A stretch of DNA of 64,000 nucleotides from Candidatus Bathyarchaeota archaeon (GCA_963833125.1 CAWHWX010000009.1:56088-120087); one strand, 5' to 3'; shown: positions 18,241 through 29,735, counted from the stretch's first letter. A program made the numbers and translations. The notes: generated by a model not told the origin, from the letters alone.

Positions 18241-19881
18241 ATGAACGTCGGGCCGCCAAAAAGACCGTGGATGGGCAGTTGGCCTAAGGATGTCCCGAAG
18301 TCAATTCATTACCCAGAACTCTCCTTAGGTCAGATGCTTCACAAAACGGCACAGGATTTTCCTGAAAGTCCGTCCTTATACTATTCGAAGCAGAAAATTA
18401 CCTACTCTGAACTCGAAACGCTTGCAGGAAGGTTTGGAAAGGCCCTCCAAGAACGTGGGGTTAGGAAAGGTGATCGAGTCGCTCTTTATCTTCCGAATAT
18501 TCCTGAGTTTGTTGTTGCGTATTATGGCGTGCTAAGAATAGGCGCGATTGGTGTTGCCATCAGCCCGCTTTACAAAGAACGAGAACTTCTTCATATTCTG
18601 ACGGACTCAGAGGCAGGGGTCATTGTTTGCTGGGACAGACTCCTACAGTTCGTGGAGACGACCCGAACCAAGCGAAAACTGGAACGCATAATCACGGCAA
18701 CCGGCCAGGATGCAACCTTACGAACCCCTAACCCGATTCAGAAAAACTCTACACGGAAAACCGAAAGTATGAGTACGCTTATCGCTGAAAATGAAAGTCC
18801 GCCATCTATCGTTGAGATTCAGCCGAGGAAAGACATCGGCCTTCTGCAGTATACCGGGGGAACGACTGGTGTGCCTAAAGGCGCGATGTTAACCCACCAT
18901 AACCTCGTAGCCAACGCTATTCAATTCTCCAGTTGGCTTGGGATGAAAGCAGGAGAAATTCACCTTGCCGCGTTGCCACTATTCCACATATACGGCATGA
19001 CGGCGGCGATGAATGCTCCGATCCTCACTTCTGGTTCGATCGCGCTCATTCCTGACCCGCGTGACACTGACGGAATTCTTCAAACCATCGACAACTTGAA
19101 ACCTGCCGTTTTCTGCGGCGTCCCAGCCATGTACGTTGCAATAATTAATCGACCAAACCTCAACCGCGAAAAATTGCGTTCAATCCGTGTCTGCGTGTCG
19201 GGAGCATCGCCTCTACCCCTCCAAGTTCAGCAGAAATTCGAAGAGTTGACTGGAGGCAGGCTCGTGGAAGGTTACGGTTTAACCGAGGCAAGTCCCGTTA
19301 CACACGTTAACACCACTTGATAGTGTCGAGAAGAACCGTTTCGGCTCGATCGGCATTCCAATTTCAGACACGGAAGCGAAAATTGTTGATGCAGAAACGG
19401 GGGAACATGTTCAGCCACCTGGTATCGCTGGAGAATTGGTGGTACGTGGGCCACAGGTTATGATCGGATACTGGCATAACGCCCAGGAGACGAAGATGGT
19501 CCTCCGGGAGGATTGGTTATACTCTGGCGATATTGCGACGATGGATCCGGATGGTTACTTCCGCATAGTTGACCGCAAGAAGGATATGATCAATGTTTCC
19601 GGAATGAAAGTCTGGCCGAGAGAGGTAGAAGAGGTGTTGTATGAGCATCCGGCCATCAAAGAAGCTGCAGCGCGATCGCGGCCCCCGATCCGACAAGCGG
19701 AGAGTGTGTGAAGATTTTTGTTGTCTTAAGAGACGAATACAAAGGAAGAGTTCCACCCTCAGAGATCGTTGAGTTCTGCAAAGAAAGAATTGCCAGCTAC
19801 AAGGCTCCGAAGATAGTTGTGTTTCAAGATACACTGCCTAAAAGTTCAGTTGGCAAGATCCTTAGAAGAGAACTTAGATGA
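18241..19881 (+). CDS. fadD: long-chain fatty acid-CoA ligase (frameshifts near 19315 and 19670-19710)
   Basis: YTGGTTGVPKG, EGYGLTE, GPQVMIGYW, SGDIA, DRKKDMI, C-terminal LPKSSVGKILRREL. Confidence 0.88.
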
Positions 19882-20034
19882 AACTGTGTAGACCAGGTGC
19901 TTTGAAGCCTTTCAAATCTTTCGTCAATACTTAAGGGTCTAGTAGTTTCTACCGCACATCGTCTGGTATTTGGACTAAACAGTTAAGAAGTTGCGAACCT
20001 CGAACCGTTCCAGTTTCAGATAGAGTGTTCGGCA

Positions 20035-21987
20035 ATGGCTCTTCGTGAAATACTTCCAACCACGACGATGATATTCCCTGAATACCGTGCGAACTTAAAG
20101 ACTCTCGCTGAAATTCATCGAGAAAGCTTAGAGAAACCCGACGCTTTCTGGCGAAAAATTGCGGATGAGCTCTTCTGGTATGAGAAGAAGGGACCCGCCT
20201 TTGAAGAAATGGCTCAACCACCTTACGGCCGTTGGTTCCCGCAATGGAAGAGCAATTTGTCGTACAATGCACTTGATCGCCATGTTTCTGGGCCGAAGAA
20301 GAATAAGGTCGCCTATTATTGGGAAGGAGAGAATGGAGACAAACGAACGCTTACTTACAATGATCTCTACGAAGAGGTTAACAAGTTTGCTTCCGCTCTC
20401 AAGAAGCTGGGAGTCAAGAAGGGCGATAGGATCACAATATACCTCCCTATGATCCCTGAACTTCCAATCAGCATGCTCGCAGCTGTGAGAATCGGAGCGA
20501 TTCACTCAGTAATCTTCGCAGGTTTCACCGCTCAATCGATAGCAAACAGAATAGAGGACTCGAATTCAAAACTCGTCATAACCGCAGATGGGTCTTTCCG
20601 GAAAGGAAAGACGCTGGAGCTCAAACTGATCATAGATGAAGCGATCAAGCAAACGAGCGGCGTCGAGAAAGTCATCGTCGTGAAGAGAGCAAAGAACCAA
20701 GTCAACATGGAGAAAGGACGTGATCTCTGGTATCATGATCTGATAGCCTCAGGTGAGAAGTTCGTCGAGTCGGAACCTGTTGAAGGTATCCACCCAAGTT
20801 TCATTCTCTACACTTCCGGTACAACTGGAAAACCGAAGGGAACAACCCACAGCAATGGTGGGTATATGACTTGGGCGCACTACACGCAGAAGGTGGTTTT
20901 CGATGTCAATGATACTGACATCTATTGGTGCACCGCTGATATCGGTTGGATAACAGGACACACGTACATCGTTTACGGGCCTTTGATACGCGGCATTACC
21001 TCACTAATGTACGAGGGCACGCCAGACTATCCGCAGCCTGATAGATGGTGGGATCTCGTCGAGAAGTACAAGGTCACAATCATCTACACAAGCCCTACAG
21101 CGATTAGAATGCATATGAAATTCGGTGAGCAATGGGCTCAGAAACACAATCTAACTTCCTTGAGGTTACTCGGCAGCGTGGGCGAACCAATCAACCCTGA
21201 AGCCTGGAAATGGTACTTCAAGAACATCGGCCGGGAAACAACGCCCATCGTTGACACCTGGTGGCAGACCGAGACAGGTGGAATCCTAATCAGCCCTCAA
21301 CCGGGAATCATACCGATTCCGTTGAAACAGGGGTCGGCAACGTTGCCTCTTGCTGGTGTTGACGCTGACGTTTACAGTGAGAACGGTACGCCAACTAAGG
21401 CCGGAGAGAAGGGCTACATTGTCATTAAACGTCCCTGGCCGGGTCAATTCATGACCCTATGGAACGACGCTGCGAAATTCAAACAGGTCTACTTCACCCG
21501 GTTCCCCGGAATATATTACGCTGGAGACTACGCCATGAAGGATGATGACGGTTACTTCTGGCTTCTGGGACGGGCGGATGAAGTGTTGAAGGTTGCGGGG
21601 CATAGAATTGGAACAATTGAACTTGAGGATAGTTTGATTTCACACCCAGCCGTGGCTGAATCTGCCGTAGTCGGAAAATCCGACCCCGTGAAGATGGAGG
21701 TACCGGTGGCGTTCGTCGTCCTCCGACCCGGCTTCAACCCCACTGCGGAGCTCAAGAAGGAACTCTCAAACCACGTGAGAAACACAATCGGCCCTATCGC
21801 AGTCCCCGAGACAATCTATTTCGTCAGCAAACTACCCAAAACACGTAGCGCCAAAATAATGCGACGAGTAATGAAAGCGGTTGTTGAGAACAAGGCCATA
21901 GGCGACGTGACCACGATCGAAGATGAAACCAGCGTAGACGAAATGAAGAACGCATACAGCGGACTGCAAGCCGAGATTAAGAGCTAA
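20035..21987 (+). CDS. acs: AMP-forming acetyl-CoA synthetase
   Basis: YTSGTTGKPKG, WCTADIGWITGH, DTWWQTETG, LPKTRSAKIMRR. Confidence 0.95.
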   Translation: MALREILPTTTMIFPEYRANLKTLAEIHRESLEKPDAFWRKIADELFWYEKKGPAFEEMAQPPYGRWFPQWKSNLSYNALDRHVSGPKKNKVAYYWEGENGDKRTLTYNDLYEEVNKFASALKKLGVKKGDRITIYLPMIPELPISMLAAVRIGAIHSVIFAGFTAQSIANRIEDSNSKLVITADGSFRKGKTLELKLIIDEAIKQTSGVEKVIVVKRAKNQVNMEKGRDLWYHDLIASGEKFVESEPVEGIHPSFILYTSGTTGKPKGTTHSNGGYMTWAHYTQKVVFDVNDTDIYWCTADIGWITGHTYIVYGPLIRGITSLMYEGTPDYPQPDRWWDLVEKYKVTIIYTSPTAIRMHMKFGEQWAQKHNLTSLRLLGSVGEPINPEAWKWYFKNIGRETTPIVDTWWQTETGGILISPQPGIIPIPLKQGSATLPLAGVDADVYSENGTPTKAGEKGYIVIKRPWPGQFMTLWNDAAKFKQVYFTRFPGIYYAGDYAMKDDDGYFWLLGRADEVLKVAGHRIGTIELEDSLISHPAVAESAVVGKSDPVKMEVPVAFVVLRPGFNPTAELKKELSNHVRNTIGPIAVPETIYFVSKLPKTRSAKIMRRVMKAVVENKAIGDVTTIEDETSVDEMKNAYSGLQAEIKS

Positions 21988-22002
21988 GGAAGTGAGCTAA
22001 GG

Positions 22003-22575
22003 ATGAGCGCAAAGGAATCTCTGCTAGCCAACCCCGCACCCCTTGGCTTAATGGGCTTCGGGATGACGACAATCCTACTCAACCTAGCCAACATAGGCCT
22101 ATTCGGAATCAGCAGCATAATCGTTGCAATGGGAATCTTCTACGGCGGACTGGCACAAATAATAGCTGGCGCAATGGAGTTCCGGAAAGGAAACACATTC
22201 GGAACCCTCGCCTTCACGTCCTACGGACTCTTCTGGCTAACGCTCGTCTTCATCATCATATCCTCCGTCGAGCGCCCCGCCGTTACTCCAGACAACACCG
22301 CGTGGGCAGCATACCTGTTCATTTGGGGCCTATTCACGCTAATGATGTTCTTCGGCACACTAAAAACAAACAGAGCCCTTCAAACAATATTCCTATCGCT
22401 AGCAATACTCTTCTTCCTCCTCACTGCCGCACACTTCATCCCACAACTGCAACTAATCGCCGGAATAGAAGGAGTCTTCTGCGGCGTCAGCGCATTCTAC
22501 CTCTCCATTGCAGAAATACTAAACGAAGCCCATAATCACGTCATCCTTCCCATCGGTCCCATAAAAGCCAACTAA
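22003..22575 (+). CDS. satP: acetate uptake transporter (SatP/GPR1/FUN34/YaaH)
   Basis: ANPAPLGLMGFGMTT, FYGGLAQ, NTFG..AFTSYG.FW. Confidence 0.93.
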   Translation: MSAKESLLANPAPLGLMGFGMTTILLNLANIGLFGISSIIVAMGIFYGGLAQIIAGAMEFRKGNTFGTLAFTSYGLFWLTLVFIIISSVERPAVTPDNTAWAAYLFIWGLFTLMMFFGTLKTNRALQTIFLSLAILFFLLTAAHFIPQLQLIAGIEGVFCGVSAFYLSIAEILNEAHNHVILPIGPIKAN

Positions 22576-22691
22576 TCCTGAAATAGAGAGAGAAACACGG
22601 CCCAACGAAACAGCCACACACCGGGTACTGCAAAAGGCTAATGCAGTTCCGACGCACTTAGTTATTCGGCAACCGTTGCCGATGGACTCTT

Positions 22692-25001
22692 TTGACAATG
22701 AAAGGGATGCCTGAGAGTAACCGGCATGGCACCAACGGGTATGAAAGCAAAATAGGCGACCCATTTTCAAGTCTGAGACTTTTCGGAACAGTTCAACGCA
22801 GACAAAGCAACATCCCGATTCAGACCACTCCATTGGTTGACCGCGAGGGAGAATTTGAAGCGTTACGCGATCTAGTTCATGAAAGCAATGTTCGACTCAT
22901 GACGCTCACCGGTCCAGGTGGAACCGGTAAAACAAGACTCGCCCTAGAAGTTGCTTCTAACTCAAAGGATGAATTTTCTGATGGCGTCGTATTCGTATCG
23001 CTCGCGGCAGTCACAGAAGCCAACCTCGTTCCGTCAGCAATAATCTCAACTCTCGGCGTCATGGAGAAAGCTGGAGAACCAATCGAAGATACTCTCATGG
23101 ATTTCTTTAGAGGAAAGCAAACCCTCCTGCTTCTCGATAACTTCGAACAGGTAATCGAAGCGGCTCCCTTCGCTGCTCAACTTTTGCATGAATGCCCAGA
23201 GCTGAAAATGATCGTTACAAGCAGAGCACCTCTCCGCGTTCAGGGCGAGTACGAGTTCCCCGTCCTCCCACTAGCCGTACCGGACCTCACCCAGGCTCCA
23301 ACAGCAAAGGAGTTAGAACGTTATGCATCCGTAACACTCTTCGTTCAACGTGCACAATCGATCAGATCTGATTTTGCCGTCACCCGCGAAAACGCGAAAG
23401 CGTTAGCAGAAATTTGCACGAGACTCGACGGACTCCCTCTTGCGTTAGAGCTAGCGGCCGCCCGCACCAGAGTCCTCTCCCTCGAAGACTTGCTCCTTCG
23501 ACTGCAAAAGAGGCTAGAACTCTTAACCGACGGACGACGCGACCTCCCTGAGAGACAGCAGACGCTTAGCAATACGATAGCTTGGAGCTACGACCTACTC
23601 AGTGAGCCGGATAAGATACTATTCAGACGACTGTCCGTCTTCGGAGGCGACTTCTCACTTGAAGCTGCCGAAGAGATTTGCATGAAGCAAGAAACTTACA
23701 CTAAGGACATACTGGACAGACTATCACGGCTAGTTGAACAGAGCCTACTTCTAAGCGAACATGCAGAAAACGGGCTTCGATTTAGAATGCTGGAAACAAT
23801 TCGCGAATTCGCAAATGAGTCACTTGTTTCGAGTGGCGAATCAGTTCGCACGGAGGAACTGTTTGTAGACTACTTCCTCTCATTTGCCGAAGAAGCAGCC
23901 TCGAGGTTGATGGGCCCAAAACAGGCAGGAATTCTGCTTCGGCTCGACCGCGAACATGACAACATTCGAGCAGCTCTTCGTTTGTCGATTGAACATGGGA
24001 ACGCTGAGCGGAGCTTGCGTCTCAGCTCTGCTTTATGGAATTTCTGGAATATACGAGGGTATCATACGGAAGGACGAGTGTGGCTCTCGAAAACGCTAGA
24101 AAATGCAGGGCCAATACATTCTGTGGCGCGGGCAAGGGCGCTCACTGGGGCTGGCGGCTTAGCCAAATGGCAGGACGATTTCTCTACAGCCTCGGCACTC
24201 TTGAACGAAGGTCTAGCTCTATCTAGGGACCTTGGGGATAAGGAAGGGGCCGCGTATGCCTTGAATTATTTGGCCAATGTGGCTGATGACCTTGGGAACT
24301 TTGCAGAAGCTCGTAGGCTGTACGAAGAGAGTTTGTCCCTATTTCGGGAGATTGAGGATAACTGGGGCGTGGCCTTGGTCCTCAATAATTTGGGTGTGGG
24401 GGCCAGGTATCAAGGAGAATATGAGCAAGCAACTAGATTTCACGAGCAAAGCCTCAAACTGTTTACGGAGTTGGGAGATAAACGTCGCGTTGCTCACTCT
24501 CTAATTAATCTTGGATCCGTGTTCGAAAGAACGGGCGAGTATGAAGCGGCACGGGAAATGTTCGACCGAAGCCTCTCGCTGTTTCGGGAGTTGAATGGGA
24601 AAGTTGGAATCGCTGAATCATGCTTTCTATTGGGTACCGTCTCTCGCAAGAAAGGAGATTATGACGAAGGTCGCAAGCAGCTTGCTGAATCACTGATCGT
24701 CTCGAGTGATGTCGGATATCGAGAGATAATTGTCAACTGCCTCGAAGAGTTCGCTGCATTGGATTCCGCTAGCGGACAAGTCAGTCATGCCGCTAGGTTA
24801 CTCGGTGCGGCCAGCGCTATGCGAGAAGCCATGCAATTTCCAATTCCTCCGGCTTACCTAGATGATAAGAATCATAACGTAGATTTAGTCCGTTCCTCGC
24901 TGGGTGAGGAGCGATTTCATGCCGAATGGTTTCTGGGGCGAACCATGACCGTGGAGGAGGCGATCGCCTACGCGTTGGCATCCGAAGGGGCGAATTCATA
25001 A
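22692..25001 (+). CDS. STAND (NB-ARC-like, COG3903-type) ATPase with winged helix and TPR array
   Basis: TGPGGTGKT, LLLLDNFEQV, TSRAPL, LDGLPLALELAAAR, WSYDLL, FRMLETIREFA, then about 8 TPR-like repeats. Confidence 0.9.
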   Translation: MTMKGMPESNRHGTNGYESKIGDPFSSLRLFGTVQRRQSNIPIQTTPLVDREGEFEALRDLVHESNVRLMTLTGPGGTGKTRLALEVASNSKDEFSDGVVFVSLAAVTEANLVPSAIISTLGVMEKAGEPIEDTLMDFFRGKQTLLLLDNFEQVIEAAPFAAQLLHECPELKMIVTSRAPLRVQGEYEFPVLPLAVPDLTQAPTAKELERYASVTLFVQRAQSIRSDFAVTRENAKALAEICTRLDGLPLALELAAARTRVLSLEDLLLRLQKRLELLTDGRRDLPERQQTLSNTIAWSYDLLSEPDKILFRRLSVFGGDFSLEAAEEICMKQETYTKDILDRLSRLVEQSLLLSEHAENGLRFRMLETIREFANESLVSSGESVRTEELFVDYFLSFAEEAASRLMGPKQAGILLRLDREHDNIRAALRLSIEHGNAERSLRLSSALWNFWNIRGYHTEGRVWLSKTLENAGPIHSVARARALTGAGGLAKWQDDFSTASALLNEGLALSRDLGDKEGAAYALNYLANVADDLGNFAEARRLYEESLSLFREIEDNWGVALVLNNLGVGARYQGEYEQATRFHEQSLKLFTELGDKRRVAHSLINLGSVFERTGEYEAAREMFDRSLSLFRELNGKVGIAESCFLLGTVSRKKGDYDEGRKQLAESLIVSSDVGYREIIVNCLEEFAALDSASGQVSHAARLLGAASAMREAMQFPIPPAYLDDKNHNVDLVRSSLGEERFHAEWFLGRTMTVEEAIAYALASEGANS

Positions 25002-25072
25002 TTAGTCAAGTTGTAAATCACTAGGACTAAGAAATACAAAGTCTTTTAGGCGTAATCTCACGCTTAAACTGT

Positions 25073-25423
25073 ATGACACCTAAAGAGCTCCCCACAGTAT
25101 CTAACCTCTCCGCATTCACAAAAGAGAAAGACTTCGATACATACTTCACCTTGGTAACTCTGGCCCCCGACAACTGTGTTCCATCATGTAAAGACCCTGC
25201 AAAATTCCTTAGCTATGTCAATGGAAAATTCAAAGGAACAGCAAACAACGGCGACATTCGACTACACATGGTATCAGTAACCTTCGGTTCTGCTGACCTA
25301 GTCCTAGTGTGGCAGGCGAAAACCGCCGCGGCGGCGAAGGAGTTCCTTGTAGACATTTTGGCCGGATACCATTGCCATTGCAATACCATACATGCCATGT
25401 GGAGCCACGGCCAGGGCGGCTAA
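25073..25423 (+). CDS. GYD-like (ferredoxin-fold) small protein with His/Cys-rich tail
   Basis: TYFTLV..VTFGSADLVLVWQAKTAAAAKEF..NTIHAM follows the GYD pattern TYxxL..TLGxYDxVxxxEAPD..TxxA. Confidence 0.55.
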   Translation: MTPKELPTVSNLSAFTKEKDFDTYFTLVTLAPDNCVPSCKDPAKFLSYVNGKFKGTANNGDIRLHMVSVTFGSADLVLVWQAKTAAAAKEFLVDILAGYHCHCNTIHAMWSHGQGG

Positions 25424-25686
25424 AACGCCTGGCCGGATTCAGTTTAGGATACTAGGGAATATTCAAACCGTGCAGCCGAATCGTTTCAGCGTATATGACA
25501 CATTCTGGACACGCAAACCAGAATTAGTGAGCGACAGTTAGTTGAGTAACTGACTCTTCAGACTCACTCTAGGATCCTCCTAGCACACTCCGTAAAGAAG
25601 GGTCGCCTATGTAGAAGTATATGCTAAAAGTGCGGGATAATTAAAAGACGAACATCTATTTTCTTCCGTTACTTCGGGTATGAAAT

Positions 25687-27036
25687 TTGCAGACCCTTAC
25701 GAAAGAACAGCTTCTAGAGAAAGCAAAGAAACCCGCCCTAGATGCAATGAAGCTCCACCCCTTCTATCATGGAAAGATGGAGATCGTGCCCAAATGTGCG
25801 ATCCGCGACTTCAACGACTTCGCGATATGGTACACTCCGGGAGTTGCTGAACCGTGCAAGGCCATAGCGAAAGACGAACGACTCGTCTACGATTACACGA
25901 ACAAGTGGAACATGGTTGCCATCGTAACTGACGGAACCAGAGTTCTCGGTCTTGGGGACATCGGGCCAAAAGCTGGGCTTCCCGTTATGGAAGGGAAGTC
26001 GATTCTATACAAGTATCTCGGAGGGGTGGACGCGTTCCCGATTTGTCTTGGAACGAAGGATCCCGACGAAATCATTACAGCTGTTAAGTGGCTTCAACCC
26101 TCGTTCGGCGGAGTCAACTTGGAAGACATCTCGCAGCCCAAGTGCTTCCGCATATTGGACACGTTGAGAGCCACGGCTGAAATTCCGGTGTGGCACGATG
26201 ACCAACAAGGAACAGCAACGATCGTTCTCGCTGGACTGATCAACGCTCTACACCTGGTCGGCAAGAAGGCCCAGGATGTAACGGTTTCATTGATAGGGGC
26301 GGGCGCGTCGAATGTTGCATGCAGTAGGCTGATGTTCGCTTACGGGATCAAACCAGAGAACACGTTCGTCGTAGACACAAAGGGTATACTAGGTCTTGAA
26401 AGGAAAGATATCGAGATGCGCAAGGCAGAGTTTGTTGACAAATGGCGCCTCTGCAGAACAACCAACAGCGAACAACGCAAAGGCGGACCAGCCGAAGCAA
26501 TGAAGGACGCCGACGTATGCATAGCATTATCCAAACCTGGACCGGACACCATCAAGAAGGAATGGGTCGCATCAATGAACAAGGACTCCATTCTTTTCGT
26601 ATGCGCTAACCCCATCCCAGAAATCTGGCCTTGGGAAGCAAAGGAAGCCGGTGCACGCGTAGTCGCCACAGGCCGCTCAGACTTTCCAAACCAAGTAAAC
26701 AATTCCCTAGGATTTCCGGGAATCTTCCGCGGAGCACTTGACGTCAGGGCTCGAACAATAACTGATGATATGTGCATCGCTGCAGCCAACGAACTGGCCC
26801 TATGCGCCCGTGAGAAAGGCCTGAGCGAGAATTACATCGCCCCCACGATGGATGAATGGGAAGTCTACCCCAGGGAGGCAGTTGCAGTCGGACTCAAAGC
26901 ACAAGAGGTAGGAGTGGCAGGCTTGAAACTCACGAAGACCCAATTGCTTGAGACGGCTACATCAATCATCAAAAGGTCAAGGGACATGACCCAGAATTCA
27001 ATGAAACTGGGCTACATTCCTAAGGTTCCAGATTAG
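25687..27036 (+). CDS. NAD(P)-dependent malic enzyme
   Basis: YTPGVAEPC, TDGTRVLGLGDIG, PVMEGK, NLEDI, HDDQQGT, ATGRSDFPNQVNN. Confidence 0.95.
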   Translation: MQTLTKEQLLEKAKKPALDAMKLHPFYHGKMEIVPKCAIRDFNDFAIWYTPGVAEPCKAIAKDERLVYDYTNKWNMVAIVTDGTRVLGLGDIGPKAGLPVMEGKSILYKYLGGVDAFPICLGTKDPDEIITAVKWLQPSFGGVNLEDISQPKCFRILDTLRATAEIPVWHDDQQGTATIVLAGLINALHLVGKKAQDVTVSLIGAGASNVACSRLMFAYGIKPENTFVVDTKGILGLERKDIEMRKAEFVDKWRLCRTTNSEQRKGGPAEAMKDADVCIALSKPGPDTIKKEWVASMNKDSILFVCANPIPEIWPWEAKEAGARVVATGRSDFPNQVNNSLGFPGIFRGALDVRARTITDDMCIAAANELALCAREKGLSENYIAPTMDEWEVYPREAVAVGLKAQEVGVAGLKLTKTQLLETATSIIKRSRDMTQNSMKLGYIPKVPD

Positions 27037-27049
27037 GTGGGGAATTAGA

Positions 27050-27989
27050 ATGAAGAAAGATACATCGAAAAAGGAATACGACCTCGTGATTATCGGCGGA
27101 GGACCTGCAGGGCTAACGGCCGCAGCATACGCAATCAGAAAGCGAATAGAAACAATGCTCATCAGCGAGAACCTCGGAGGAAAGACGAACTACAAGTTCA
27201 CACTGCCAGGCGTTGAAACCCACCCAATTATCGATGGCGAGGAACTCGTCAGTAAATTCAAGAGCCAACTCGAATACCTCGACTTCGCCCGTCAGCTAGA
27301 CAAGGTCACGAAGATCGAACGAACAAACGATGAATTCATTGTATCGACTAAAGGCGGCAAGACATTCAACAGCAGGGCAGTGATCATAGCCATTGGCGTA
27401 ATGCCCATACGACTCAACGTCCCTGGAGAACAGGAGTTCTTGGGACGCGGAGTTAGCTATTCGGCAGTAAGCCACGCACCATTATTCATCGACCTTGAAG
27501 TAGCAGTTGTAGGCGATGGAACCACCGCACTTCAAGCCGCAGCTGAGCTCGCACAGATAGCGAAAGGAGTGAAAGTAATTGGAGCGCAAAACAAACTTGC
27601 CGAATCTGAGCTAGGCAAGAGGCTCAAAGCATCCGGCAAAGTAGAATTCTTCATCGACTATGAGGTGAAGGAGATTCGAGGCAAAGCAGCAGTTGAAGAG
27701 ATACTGATCAAACATAAGACCAACAAGACAGAGAAAGCGCTTAAGGTGAAGGGTGTCTTCGTTGAGTTGGGATACGCGCCCGATACAAGTCTGTACTCGC
27801 ACATGGTGAAAACCACTGCCGAAGGAAGAATCCTGATCAGTGAAAACAACCAGACCAACATACCAGGGCTCTTCGCAGGCCGGAGACATAACCGACGTCA
27901 ACGCACAGCAAGTAGTCATCGCAATCGGAGAAGGAGCAAACGCGGCCCTGAGCGCATGCAACTACTTACTGACCCTGAAACCTCGATAG
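27050..27989 (+). CDS. thioredoxin reductase/AhpF-fold flavoprotein lacking the CxxC (frameshift near 27878)
   Basis: GGGPAGLTAA, GRGVSYSAVSHAP, TNIPGLFA; the shifted frame continues AGDIT..QVVIAIGEGANAALS to TAG at 27989. Confidence 0.85.
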
Positions 27990-28157
27990 ACCGGAATCAA
28001 CATCCACTGTAGGTGCACGAAGAGTCCCTCGTCGGAGGGGTAATCCACCGAGTAGAATTGGCGTACTCTCTCCTTCTCTTACCGTTTCTCCAAGCCCCCT
28101 TAATACTGAGGCCAACGCCTCAATTATCGTCAGAACAAAGGGTTAGAGGTGTATACC

Positions 28158-28244
28158 TTGAGGAAGAAGCAGAAAACGAAAATGGTTAGGGCTCAAACTG
28201 AACCAATTCAGGCGTCAAGCCAAAGCCAAGAGCAAGTAGCCTAA
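28158..28244 (+). CDS. possible 28-aa microprotein
   Basis: GAGGTG SD before TTG; MRKKQKTKMVRAQTEPIQASSQSQEQVA*; TATA-like CTTAATA upstream. Confidence 0.35.
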   Translation: MRKKQKTKMVRAQTEPIQASSQSQEQVA

Positions 28245-28289
28245 AGCGACAGAATACGACCAATTCAATTGCAAGATATCCTTGCCTAG

Positions 28290-29688
28290 CTACGTCCAAT
28301 CGGTATGAAACTGCCCCGGCTTATCTAACCGCTCATATCCATGTGCACCGAAACGGTCTCGAAGTATCTGAATGAGGTTTGCGGGTAGACGATCGCTGCG
28401 GTAGCTATCGTAGTAGTCCAACGAAGCTCCAATCGCTGGAACTGGCAAACCTGCCTCCTTAGCTGTCTTGACCGAGTCGCGCCACCGATTCTCTAAGCCG
28501 GCAAGTAACTTTGCGAACGCTTGGTCCATCATGAGATTCGGGAGTTGGCCGTTGATTTCGAAAGCATGCTGGATAGGATTGAGCATGCGAGCGCGGATTA
28601 TGCAGCCCCCTTTCCAAATTCGAGCGACATCTGAGAGTGGAATCATATATTGATATTCTTTGGATGCAGCGTGCATCAGATGAAAGCCTTGAGCATAGGA
28701 CATACAGATTGAGGCCCGTACTGCGCCTTCTAATCTTTCCGTGAAGTTCCCTGGAACCGAGACTTGATGAGGCTTTCTGAGTGGCTTGAATATTTCAGCG
28801 GCCTTCGTACGTTCTTCTTTCAAACCTGAGAGGTTCCGTGCGCTGACCGCTGCGTCTATGGTGGGGGTTGGTATACCTAGGTCCATTGCGTTTTGCGAAG
28901 TCCACTTGCCTGTCCCTTTTTGTTGGGCCCGGTCCAGAATCAATGAAACTAGTGGACGCTTTGTCGTTGGATCAACCTTCCCAAGAACTTCCACGGCGAT
29001 CTCCATCAGAAACGAGCCGAGTTCACCCTCATTCCATTCGTTGAAGACGTTTCGTGCCTGCTTAAGATTCAGGCCGGCTCCGCGTGTGAGCAGGTCGTAT
29101 GCCTCTGCGATAATTTGGATTATGGCGTATTCGATTCCATTGTGAACCATCTTAACGTAGTGACCTGCTCCTCTAGGGCCAAGATATTCACAGCAGGGCC
29201 CATCAACTTGGGCCGCTACGCGTCCCAACAATTCACGAACTATCTCGTACCCTTCTCGCGGCCCTCCGACCATAATGCAAGGACCTTTGAGAGCCCCCTC
29301 TTCTCCGCCGCTGACACCAACGCCAAGGAAGTGGATTCCTTGCTTTTCCATGTCGGTGCATCTTCGCTCAGTATCCTGGAAGAACGAATTACCACCATCT
29401 ATTACGACGTCTCCACTCGAGAGAAGCCCCGTTAAGCTCGTGAGAGTTGCATCAACTGGTGATCCGGCCGTCACCATGAGGAAAATCCGACGGGGCTGTT
29501 TGAGTTGGTTAACGAATTTCTCTAGTGAATATTCCGCCAAGAATCCCAGGATACTTTCCAACGAATTCGCGGGTCTTTTCTCCTGTTCGATTATAGATGA
29601 CAACCGAGTAGCCGTGGTTTTGTATATTTCGGGCTAGGTTTTGCCCCATGACTCCCAGCCCGATCAGGCCTATGTCTCCACCGACCAA
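28290..29688 (-). CDS. gnd: NADP-dependent 6-phosphogluconate dehydrogenase, long form (5' frameshifts)
   Basis: TTG at 29688 after GGAGG gives DIGLIGLGVMGQNLARN; then DGGNS, GVSGGEEGA, HYVKMVHNGIEY, QKGTGKWT, RDRFGAHGY. Confidence 0.93.
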
Positions 29689-29735
29689 TCCTCATCCTCC
29701 AGCTACTCTCTCCGTGACTGGAGTTGGAAAAAGGT

